Origin: Amoebophrya sp. A120 | Taxonomy: Eukaryota > Protista > Dinoflagellata | Reading direction: 5' to 3' | NCBI GenBank assembly: GCA_905178155.1 | Contig: CAJINV010000022.1 | Coordinates: 527,458-591,457 of the forward strand | Length of the DNA: 64,000 nucleotides | Part shown: piece by piece, positions 22,451-33,356 of the stretch | Position numbering within the stretch: the first letter of the stretch is position 1 | Layout of the letters: every line of letters begins with the position of its first letter | The notes under the pieces: generated by a model | The model's input: only the letters and a program-made list of their open reading frames with translations | Told to the model about the DNA's origin: nothing | The model's database searches: none | Program-made: the position numbers and the translations under genes

Positions 22451-25400
22451 ATGGAGCAGCAAGAGAGCGACGAAGCCTTGCTGCCCTCTTTTGCACCGGA
22501 TGAGTTCTATGGCGATGATCATGTGGCGCAAGGGAAAAGCCATCCCCACCGCAGTTCCCTCTCTCCTCCCGTTGCGACGCGGAAAACAACGCTTTCGAAA
22601 AACCCCCACTGTTCTTCCGGGTCCCCGGAAGATCTCCACGAGCCCCCCGTCCGGCAAAATGAAAATAGCCTGTCGCCAGCATTCTCCTCCAATGCATGCC
22701 ACACAAACGACTCTGCAGAGCGGGACCGACGGCGGCCGCCTGCCACAACAGACGATAACCAGGGCGACGGTGACATCATCTCCGAGGCGGATGAAGCAGC
22801 TCTGGCAGAACCCGCTGGGGCTGTGGCCTCATCACCTCCGTGCGAGGACCGTGCGGTAGCATCTTCTCAGCGGTCGAAAACCTTCTCCATTCACGACCTT
22901 TCCTTCACCATTGGGGATCTGATCGGGCGTGGCGGCTTTGCAGAGGTCTACCAAGCGAAGAGGGACGATAAGAAATTCGCCTTGAAAATTGTTTCCGCAC
23001 AAAATAAGCGTCGTTTGATGCAGTTTCAGCAAGAAGCAGTTTTGCTCTATGGATTGCAAATATGTCTGGGTCTGGAAGAGTGCAAGTTGTCATGCTAGAT
23101 CTGAATCATACAAAATTCTGTGTTGCATGATTACCAATAAAAAGCTGTTCACTTTTGAGAAGGCCGCGAGGCACTTTCTTATGCGGAAAAGGCATGGTAA
23201 AGATCTCACACAATCTGTGATGCTAGGGCATGCATCACAGACCTCACACGTTATGGAAAACGTGCATTACAAACCTGGAAATCTTCCAGACCCAGATATT
23301 TTTGCAGTTGATATGCTCGAGAACCTGACGAAAAAGGACAAGATATCCAGAGGAAAAACGTTCCCGACCCAGAGTTGTCATGCGCAATGGCATGTCTATA
23401 TCTAAAATTTTTCTACTTAACGCAACCCCATGAGAAGCGTTTTTTCATGTTGTCTGGGACTTTGTCATGTCAGAATCAGGATTAGAATACGAAGATGGAT
23501 CGATTTTTTATGCGGCTTTTCTAGCTAAACACGATCACCATCACACTAAAGACCCCAAGCTTGTCATGTGCAACAGCCAAAAGTTCTTGATTTGTGTTGC
23601 AAAGTCCCAATATACTTGACTCTGGGGTGGGGACGTTTGTCCACAGGATACAAGACAGGGAGAAAGCACGTCGTGCACTGTTTTGGCTCTTACTGTGACG
23701 TCGCCAACTTGCGGATCCACATCTTGCTATGCTCTGCAAAAGTATCGTACTCGTACTAATTGCAATCATGCATGACAAATCTTGTTTCTTAGCCAAATCA
23801 GCATTTACAAACTCCATTTCTCCTTCTGAGAAAATTTGTATTGCGATTTGTACTAGTACGTTTCTTTTGCACAGGATACTTGCTGGAATTTGCCGATTGC
23901 GACTTCGAGGCCTATCATCGGAGCTTCGTCACGAAAGTGACTCATGTGCCGACTCTTGAAGATGCCGATCCCGATGCTGGGGCCAGCCCAGGTGGGAGAG
24001 GACCACGACACACCAGAGCCTGTTCACGGAATAAAACGAAATTCTTCATGCCTTTAAACACGATTCTGCATTGCGGAAAGCAGATGGCGGCTGCGGTCGC
24101 CTTTATTCACAGCAAGAACATCGTGCACTTTGATTTGAAGCCCGCAAACTTTCTCATGTTTGAAAACAAGCAGAAAATCAAGCTGTCCGACTTCGGGCTG
24201 GCGAGGGAGGTCGAGCAAGATAAATCCCATATCAGCCGGTTTGGGCAGTGCGGCACAATCTTATACATGGCTCCGGAGGCCTTCCACCAGGGCGAGCAGT
24301 ACGAATCCAGTATGAAAATGAAGCCGGAAACGGATATTTGGTCCCTTGGAATCATACTGTACGCGATGATCTACGAAAAGCCGCCGCACGCGTATTTGTT
24401 CAACCAACCAGGGGGAGGCAATCGGGTGATGTTCTGCATCGTCGACCCTTTCATGGAAATCCAGTATCCGGACAAGTTCTGCGCCTTCACACAAGACATT
24501 TTAGAAGACGGCCTCGCAGATTTCGAAGGCAAGAGGCTGGAGCATTTGCTGTATTTGGTGCAATTCTGTCTCGCACGGGAAGTCGCAGACAGGATCACTG
24601 CCTTTGATTTAGAAAAAGAGCTGGTCGGACTGGAGGTGGTGAGCGAACGCAGGTTGTTGCGGATCGACAACCGAACTGGGGGCGTAGGGGGCGAAGATCT
24701 GTTGCATGGCAAGCAAGGATCAGGGCCAAAGCAAAATGGCACGTCTAATGCGAGGACCCGCACAACAACGGCGGAGGGGTCGGAGTCCTCGGGTTTGTCC
24801 AACAATAGCGGCCGCGATGCTGCTTCCCCTGCGAAGCTAGATTTCCAGTTTCGCACAGCGTTGATTAGGCCGATTCCGGGAAGCACGGCAACGGTGTTGC
24901 ATCGAAAGCACATTCCGGAGGTAGCGGTTTCTCGGTCTGGTTCACGGCCTACTTCGGAAAGCGGATTCATTTCCCCTCCGGAGAAAGCCACCCCTGCGCA
25001 AGAGAGCGAAATATTATCACCAATTGCACCCACCGTGCAACAAGAACAGCACCTTTCAGAATCGATGCTTCGCAGATCCGAGGACGAGGAAGCTGGGAGG
25101 CAGCAGTTGCTGCTACAAGGGAAAATGCCGCCCTCCAATTGTGCAAAAGGCTCCGAACAAGTGGATCTCGATCCGGAACAAGCACCGCTGATCGATACCG
25201 AAAAACAAGACCTATTCGCGGTCGGAAATGGCTCTACGGGACAACACGATGCGGCCGCACCAGACGCTCGTCATGTCGATGCACCTTTCTGGAGCAGCAT
25301 TGCTGGGAAAGCTATCATTTCTGCTCTTCTCCTGGCTATCGGCATTAGCACTGCTGTATCTATCGGAATATTTGGGACAAACACGGCGACGTCGTCGAAT

Positions 25401-27326
25401 TCTGGCGCAGCGAATCAACAACTCAATTTCGGCGGCAACAACGCGTTATTTCCGCCCGGAATACTAAGACCAAATGATATAGTTTTCGTAAAAAATGGGA
25501 ACGGGACCATGTTCGGAGCGACAGGTGGACGAAATGTCGGCGGCAACGGCTACGGGACTTGTAGCTCTACAGACATCCAGCCCGTGGTAGCCAGGCCTCA
25601 TACTGCGTTTTTGCCGCCGTCGAGTCCCAGTTCCTGGAGTCCGGGGCAGGAGATCGAAGCAGGTCATGGGGATGCAGGCAGTCCAAGCAGCCGCCCACAT
25701 GTTGGTGCACAAGAAACAACCACGCAACAAATAAATGCGGCCCGCCCGGCCACGTCAATCGCAGCTCCGCCAGCTGGGATTTCCCTTGGAAATATCGGAC
25801 CAACTGTAGGCTCACCCTCTCCCCCAAATGGCAGCGTGCCTGTCAGCACAGCTGCTCCGTCGGTCGTGCCAGGGGGCTTACGTGTATCGCCAGCACATCT
25901 TCAAGGAAGGACTGCAATCACGCCACAGCCCAGGCAGTCTCCGGCCTCCGAGCCCCCTGCTCCTTCTGCTCCTTCAGTGGTACTGCCGCCAGTAGTACCT
26001 CCTGGTGGAAACGATCCGCACGAACCCTTACCGACCCAACCGGTGGGCGCGTCTTCGGCGCCTCCCTCCCACATCGGAGTCGCGACGACGGCTGTGAGCG
26101 AGCAGTTGCAGACCGCGTTTTCGCCGCCGAGTCCGAGTGTTCTCAGCCCGGGTCAGAGCGGAGACGGAGATGCCGATGCGGGGGGCAACGGAAATGGAGG
26201 TGCTGACGGTGCGGGCACTGGCTTTAATAATAGCAGCAGCGACCTTGGAACTGACAACAGCAATGGTGGCCGTCCGCTATATGATGCACAAGAAACCACA
26301 CAACCAACCACAGCCCCGGCATCGAGCCCCCCTGTTGCAGCTCTCGTATCAGTTGGGAATCATACTGAAACCGGAGAGACCGCCAGCCCTCCTCTCGTCA
26401 ATGGTAACCTGCCTGTCACAGCTGGTTCTGCTGTGGAGGTTCGTGCAGGTTTATCAACAGAACCAGGCACGGGCGATTCTTATCGCGAAATCCTTCGTGA
26501 GATGAATGCACGCAGGTTTATCGAAAATCTCAGGCGCGCGGTGGCTCTCAGGCGCGCTGATGTGCACTGCCGGAGCCGTTGTGGCGGAGCCGGAGGTGCC
26601 AGCAGCGAGCTATATCAGGAAGAGTCTTTGGCAGGGCCAAGCGGAACTTCTCCATCGCTGCCAGCCGGAGCCACGATACTTACTGCCGACTCACCAACAC
26701 GAGAACCGGACGGCCCCGCATCAAACCCACCTGCAGCAGCTCCAGTCCCAGATGGGAATGATATTGGAAACGGAGGAGGTCCTGCTAGCTCTCCTCTCGT
26801 CAATGGTAACCTGCCTGTCACAGCTGGTTCTGCTGTGGAGGTTCGTGCAGGTTTATCAACAGAACCAGGCACGGGCGATGCTGATGACGAAATTCGTCGT
26901 GAGATCGCGCTATGCCGTCCGCGCAAGTTTATCGACAAGGTCAGGCGCGCGCGCGCGCGCCGATCGGGTTCTGATGTGCACTGCCGGAGCCGTTGTGGCG
27001 GAGGTGCTAGCAGCGAGCTATATCATGGCGGCCCTCAGTTTCATGAAGACCCGGTGCAGCGATTCGCGCAGAGGTACACGTGCTCGATCTGTTCGGACTC
27101 CCCACTGCAACTGCCGCAGGAGGTGCAGCAAAGGTTGGGAGCTCCGAGGAACTCCCGCACTCGTGGTCCTGCATACGAGACGAAATCGCTAGCGGTGCTG
27201 CCTTGTGGGCACACCTTCTGTGAGGGTTGCATCGGATACTGGACGCACAATCACCCTAGTTGCGCCTTCTGTCGCTGTAGCATTCCCCGTATGAGAGTGC
27301 ACAAGAACCCCCATTTACTTAAGTAA
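22451..27326 (+). CDS. Kinase paralog 1 (~1378 aa): Mps1/TTK-like Ser/Thr kinase, TM helix, Pro/Ser/Gly stalk, C-terminal C3HC4 RING finger; exons 22451-23047, 23319-23343, 23656-23727, 23884-27326
   Basis: GRGGFAEV, FALK, QQEAVLL, HFDLKPANFL, DFG, GTILYMAPE, DIWSLGIILY; TM AIISALLLAIGISTAVSIGIFG (~25311-25376); CSIC...LPCGHTFCEGC...CAFCR (~27081-27278). Start codon uncertain. Confidence 0.9.
23048..23313. mobile_element. Introner, family A
   Basis: TIR; repeat TGCTC/TGCTC; joins VLL|ENL as in intron-less paralog 3. Confidence 0.95.
23344..23650. mobile_element. Introner, family C
   Basis: TIR; repeat CAAGA/CAAGA. Confidence 0.93.
23728..23878. mobile_element. Introner, family B
   Basis: TIR; repeat CTTGC/CTTGC. 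Confidence 0.94.
26385..27022 (+). repeat. Intragenic duplication (~230 bp x2) in kinase paralog 1
   Basis: PLVNGNLPVTAGSAVEVRAGLSTEPGTGD...DVHCRSRCGG...ASSELY encoded at ~26385-26615 and ~26786-27022. Confidence 0.9.
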
Positions 27327-27736
27327 CATTGTCCCCCGCTTTATGTATCAGTTTGGAAGAAAAGCAGCCGCAACAGAAACAAAGTATAGAATTTTTGTAG
27401 CTTCTGCATGCCAAATACAAATTGAAGTATACTTATGCGCGCGGCCTGTAGTACAACGGATAGATACAATTACTTGGGTTCTCCTGGTCGTGCCCTAATT
27501 CATTATTGTCACACCCATTGATGTATATATAGCGGGGATGTGAAGAGGCTGCACTAGTATGAGTACCTGCAGTTGCGTTTGTCTTGCATGACGACAATAA
27601 AGGTGGGACGATCCCCGGACCGCATGAGGAGTTCATCTTGTGCACTCGGATACCCCGTGCCAAACGTGAACGTGTCGAGCTGAACGACGGTGCCAGCGAG
27701 TTTTACTTTGATCCCTCCTACCATGCGCGCTGTGTT

Positions 27737-27941
27737 TATCCAAGGAAAAAAGTGTAGTGTAAGTGTAACTTTTTTGCAGGAACAGCATCACATGACAGAG
27801 AAATAAACCTGTCATGCGTAGCTAGTAAGCGAAAACACGTCTTAAAATAGCCTTTGACGCATATAATCCAGCATGACAAGTGTAACTGTGTCGCAGCCTC
27901 TGCAAGACAAAGTTACACTTACACAGTTTTTCTCTTGCATA
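27737..27941. mobile_element. Introner, family E (downstream of the paralog 1 stop)
   Basis: TATCCAAGGAAAAAAGTGT...TTTTTCTCTTGCATA; repeat GTGTT/GTGTT. Confidence 0.9.
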
Positions 27942-28619
27942 GTGTTCCACGTTACGAGGCACCACGTGGTAGTGGGCAATACGCAGGCGCTAATCGTTAT
28001 GGGTGTGGCAGGATCAAAATTGACAAAGTCGAAAAATTTGTATATGCATAGAATGTAGGGCACGCGTGGCCTGTGTTGGGGAGCAGGCAAATGAGTCCGA
28101 TTGCAATCCTGCCTGTTTAGGGGTAATACGCAATGTGCTGCCAGAGTAGCATGACAGGAGTAGTCTTCTTTGCCCAAACAGCACGACAGATTGCATTGTG
28201 GTGCTCCCGAATAAATTTGTCATGCGCCGCTTGCAAAGAAACAAACTGAGGCTCCAACTGGTATCGATTTTACACGACATGCATCACAAGTTTTATTTTG
28301 ATTATTGTCAATTTATTCGATTCTGACACTTCCATAATCGTGTTGTGCGCTTGAAATTCAATATCTACAAGCGTGACCACACGGATGAAGTCGAGGGGGC
28401 TCGTTCCCGGGGGCACGTGGAACTGGTGCAGCCGCAGGCGTGCGAGGGTCATCATCGTACTAACAGTGGACACCCCGCACCAGGAAAGACTACATTCACA
28501 CCAAAAGTTGAAATCGAAGAGCGCCGAGCCATTTCGTCAGCGGACCACACCAGCACAACTGAAGATGGGAATGAATTCCATCTAAAGTGGACAAACAGGA
28601 GGGAGCAGGAAGGGTCTGC

Positions 28620-28923
28620 TACTGAGAGGAAAAATCCCCTCTCCCCATATCAAAAATGTGATGCAGATTTGTGGTCACAAATCAGCTTTGTCATGCTAGA
28701 AGGGAAAAGATGCGGACTGTAGTGCTGGGCTGCGTGGGACAGCCGTGCATCTTCAGCATCACAGGAGGCAGCTGGAAGTGGGAAACAGCATAACAAACTG
28801 CCTCCAATCGAGGCCACAACTACGCCTCTTCGCCTTCTAGCAATACAAGTCGATTTGTGTACTCACATACAGCATCACAAATTTCGCTTTTGATATGGGG
28901 AGGGGGGATTTTTCCTCGCGATA
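28620..28923. mobile_element. Introner, family D
   Basis: TIR; repeat TCTGC/TCTGC. Confidence 0.92.
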
Positions 28924-29479
28924 TCTGCGTCTGCTGGCCAGCAGGGCGAGCGCGAGATGACTCTGATAAGACAGATCATGTTCTAGAAAGAGGGTGGGCC
29001 TGCTGGTTCGTTATAAGTACTCGTCACAACCGGAAGTACTTACACCATTCAGATTTATTGTAGGATTTTTACTGGAAGCAATTTAGCATGTGCATGATAA
29101 GCATATCACGTACTTATCTTGACCAAGAACACACTCCTCACTACTACGGCAGGAGATTGGAGCAAAGAACTACGACCAGCTTTTTATTCAATAAGCATCT
29201 TCTACTTTGCTTCGTAAAGAAATATAGGTGTTAAACTTTCAAAAGGATTAGGGCACGGTGGCATATGCAATCATATTTACACATCTCTTCAAAAATGAAT
29301 AGTAAGTGTCTGAGTGCGATCGAGCAATTGGGACAAGGGCAAGGGAGTTCTGATGCCGATGAGGCCACGTGTCCCTACCGAATGGTGGATCAATTACTCG
29401 TCCGCGTCCGCCAACGGCAAGGGCAACGAAGTTCTGAAAGTGCGGTCGCGATACATACGTCCGGTTTACAAGCACGAGA

Positions 29480-30000
29480 CCGGGACGGTAGTGCAGTTAT
29501 TCCTCACTCGAAGTCAGGCCCAGCCTCCACGCTCGCTGTTGCCGCTCCTCCTCCACCCCCTCCCCAGCCACCGGGACTACCGCCGGCCGTAGCGAATAAC
29601 GTGTGGGAAGAGTAGCGGCCTGGCGAAGCGCCTGTTCCAATAACGCTCTCCGCAGAGAGGTCGACACCGAATGCCGCGCAGGCAGACACGAACATTTCGC
29701 ATGTATCGAGCGCAAGCTCAATCGCACCACAGGCAAGTCAAAGTCCTGCCTCGCCTAGTGTTCAATCCGTACCGCCAACAAGTAGCAGGGGTGCACCGAC
29801 CGAAGCCGGACCGGCAGCCGCACCGCCTGCAAACAGGGTTGAGCATGACGAAGAAAGGGGTCTCTGTACGATCGATTAAGCAGTTGCCCACCAGCGGCGG
29901 GCACACAAAATATTTCAAGCGGTCGAACGGCGGCAATATAGAATTGAGTATGATCGAGCCTTGAAAAGATATGAAGCTGCCTGCCAGCGGGGGCGGCAAC
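29480..30000 (+). pseudogene. Decayed copy of the stalk-coding region of kinase paralog 2
   Basis: GSAVIPHSKSGPASTLAVAAPPPPPPQPPGLPPAVANN resembles ~37665-38340 but contains stops and frameshifts. Confidence 0.7.
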
Positions 30001-31470
30001 AGCCGACACAAATAATTCACCGACCTCAATCCCAGCAGTGGCAAGGCAGCGTCTACCAAATTCTTCGGACCGCAATCTTCGGGCCGCAACGCTGCCAAAC
30101 TGAGACAAGAACAATTTCGGGCGAGTGATCTAATGCAGTGCGCCGTCGATCGCGTTGCCATCGTTGCTGCGACATTTGCATTTTTACAGCTGGACAAGGT
30201 CGCGCGGGAAGGAGTGCCACTTCCTTCTCCTCCTTCTCTTCGCTTGCTCCGCGCACCGAGACACTGAAGAAGTGACTTCCTTCGCCATTCCGGTGTCGAA
30301 ACTGACAAAAGATGTGCCAAGTCACAATACAACGCGCAGTATTTCTCTCTCGGACCGTGGTGGCAGAATTTCTCTAGGTCTGGTCCCAACGAACATGAAC
30401 ATGCACGACAGCACCCACTTTCAAACTCGATTACTCTTTTCATTTTTTCGGCCACCCGACGTTGTAAGGTGGCGGTGGCGACTTTTTTTTTACCATGTTC
30501 GCCAAAATGTTCGAACGAGCCATGCGCAAGAATGGCCACAAAACTATAAATAGAACGATGATGCTCGCGACCGCGACGTGCCTGTAGTAGCAGCCATTGC
30601 GTGACCGCGCTGCGGGCAGTCGTGTTTTGATGACAATGCAGCAACGCATAAACCAATAATTACAATTTTTTTGAGCAGCGTCGCCGCCGCTCCCTCTCGG
30701 AAAAGAAATAAAATTTTTATCTGCAACACAATTTAGCACTTTTGTCTCGTGCAAGAAATTGCCTGACATTTTTTTTTCACCGGGATTACGGACTGCTCCG
30801 TAAATGTACGATTCTCTAGACTGTTTATTTCAATCTGTAAATAAAATATTTATAGACAAAAGAAAGTATGAATAAGCATTGAATCTTAGCGCCCCAGCAT
30901 CGACAGTCGAGTGCGAGGCATCCTATGCAGCCGTGATTTAGCAGGCAGCAGCTGCAGCTGACTTTTTACTTTTATACTTTTTGTAGACGAAGCCCGTTTT
31001 TACATATTTGTATATCCACTCACCCACACCAAATATCTCGCGCCTAATCGGCAGAAAGATCCAATCAGCGCCCGGCCGGTCCCGGAATCCTTCTTTTCGC
31101 ATCAGTATCTATTCAAGGAACGCAAAACCAAAAACAAACGGGCGACCGATACGTCGACGAAGCGCACATACAGCTGCGCGTACTTCTACAATAAGATAAA
31201 AGCGACTACAAGATGAACTACATGAAAGATGAAATGACTTATGAGCGATAGGGGTGGAAGTTTAACGTCCGGCACTAGCGCACATTAGTGTGAGGCTGTC
31301 ACAATTTTGAGTGCGATAAATTGTGTTCCGCTGCGAAGAGGTAGCAGCCGCAGCCGTAGTAACGAGTTTGGGTGTGCTGCTTTTTGCGATAGAAGTGTTT
31401 TGGCAGTTTCTCCGATTACGCAGAGGAAGGGACCAAGCGTGTGGGGGTGCTGGTCTCGATATCTTTATAC

Positions 31471-32715
31471 AAGCATTCTTTCCTGCCCTTCCCAGCATGC
31501 TATGCTACTCCGAAAGTTGCAGTTCTTCCATGTTGGGGGGACTTTTGTTGCGCTACAGGGCGAACCGCCAGAAATTGCCAAAGGCGGAAAAAGCATTCTT
31601 CCACGCCGTTCCCCGCATGCTATGCTGCTCCGAAAGTTGCAATTTTTGTTCTTCCATGGAGGCATTTGTGTTGGGCACACGGCGAACCACCAGTAATTTC
31701 TAAGTAGGGAAAAAGCATTCTTCCACGCCCTTCGCAGCATGCTATGCTGCTCCGAAAGTTGCAATTCTTCCATGAGTGGGATTTGTGTTGGGCTAAAGGG
31801 CGAATCACCAGTAATTTTGAAGTAGGGAAAAGGCATTCTTCAACGCCGTTCCCCGCATGCTATGCTGCTCCGAAAGTTGCAATTCTTCCATGAGTGGGAT
31901 TTGTGTTGGGCTAAAGGGCGAATCACCAGTAATTTTTAAGTAGGGAAAAAGCATTCTTCCACGCCGTTCCCTGCATGCTATGCTGCTCCGACAGTTGCAA
32001 TACTTCCATGGGTGGCATTTGTGTCGGGCTACAGGGCGAATCACCAGTAATTTCTAAGTAGGGAAAAAGCACTCTTCCACGCCCTTCGCAGCATACTATG
32101 CTGCTCCGAAAGTTGCAATTCTTCCATGGATGGGATTTGTGTTGGGCTAAAGGGCGAATCTCCAGAAATTTCCAAATAGGGAAAAAGCATTCTTCCACGC
32201 CCTTCGCGTTCGCAGCATGCTATGCTGCTCCGAAAGTTGCAATTCTTCCATGAGTTGGTTTTGTGTTGGGCTAAAGGGCGAACCACCAGAAATTTCTCAG
32301 TAGGGAAAAAGCATTCTTCCACGCCCTTGGCAGCATGCTATGCTGCTCCAAAAGTTGCAATTCTTCCATGAGTGGGATTTGTCTTGGGCTAAAGGGCGAA
32401 TCACCAGTAATTTTTATCTAGGGAAAAACCATTCTTCCACGCCCTTCGCAGCATGCTATACTGCGCCGAAAGTTGCAGTTCTTCCATGGGTGGGATTTGT
32501 GTTGGGCTAAAGGGCGAACCACCAGTAATTTCTAAGTAGGGAAAAAGCATTCTTCCACGCCCTTCGCAGCATGCTATGCTGCTCCGAAAGTTGCAATCCT
32601 TCCATGAGGGGGATTTGTGCTGGGCTACAGGGCGAACCACCCGTAATTTCTAAGTAGGGAAAAAGCATTCTTCCAAGCCCTTCCCAGCATTCTATGCTGC
32701 TCCGAAACTTGCAAA
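31471..32715. repeat. ~119-bp degenerate tandem repeat, ~10.5 copies
   Basis: AAGCATTCTTCCACGCCCTTCGCAGCATGCTATGCTGCTCCGAAAGTTGC... recurs at ~118-124 bp spacing. Confidence 0.95.
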
Positions 32716-33356
32716 AAATTATTCACTGACCATACATCTCGCCTCACAAGAGCAACCATTCCACCATGGGAGAAGATCTACAATCGCATATTTTCGTGGG
32801 CATATAAAGACCGGATACGAAGCAGCACTGATATTGAAATTTGATCTTTTTTTACCGTACATGTTCTGAAGCTGTTCTATTGTCGGGCATGTGCTCGACG
32901 ATACCGATAGCACACCTTCTATGTGTCAAACATTGGAATTGGAGGGAAACGCATGTGTGTAGCACCTCTATGGGCGGATCAATTGTGATGGATAAGGATA
33001 TCTCTGTGTTCCTTGGCAGCACCTAGGAAATAAAAAGTTTTGTACCCGCATTTCTTTTGATATTATTGTCTGAAGAGCTCGTATGTTGATTCACATTTAT
33101 TTCACCGCCATTATGCACAGCACTGAGTTGAGGTTGAGAGATGGAGAAGTAGTCTGGATGTTATATCATAGCTCGCAGGCCGCAAAGCAGGATGTAGACG
33201 CACACCAAAAATCACCTTATGACGAACACCCTCTCAACGATAAAACCGACGGCCCTGATGGACGTATCGGCAGCGCATGTTCTGCAGGGGCTTCACCCAC
33301 TGGTTATTCTAGCGGAATAGCATGACAAAAAGCCACAGTAGTTCCTCGCAGTCAAC

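Noticed and set aside
29718-30656. 312-aa minus-strand ORF
   Set aside because: Antisense to decayed paralog-like and 3' flank sequence; no domain signal
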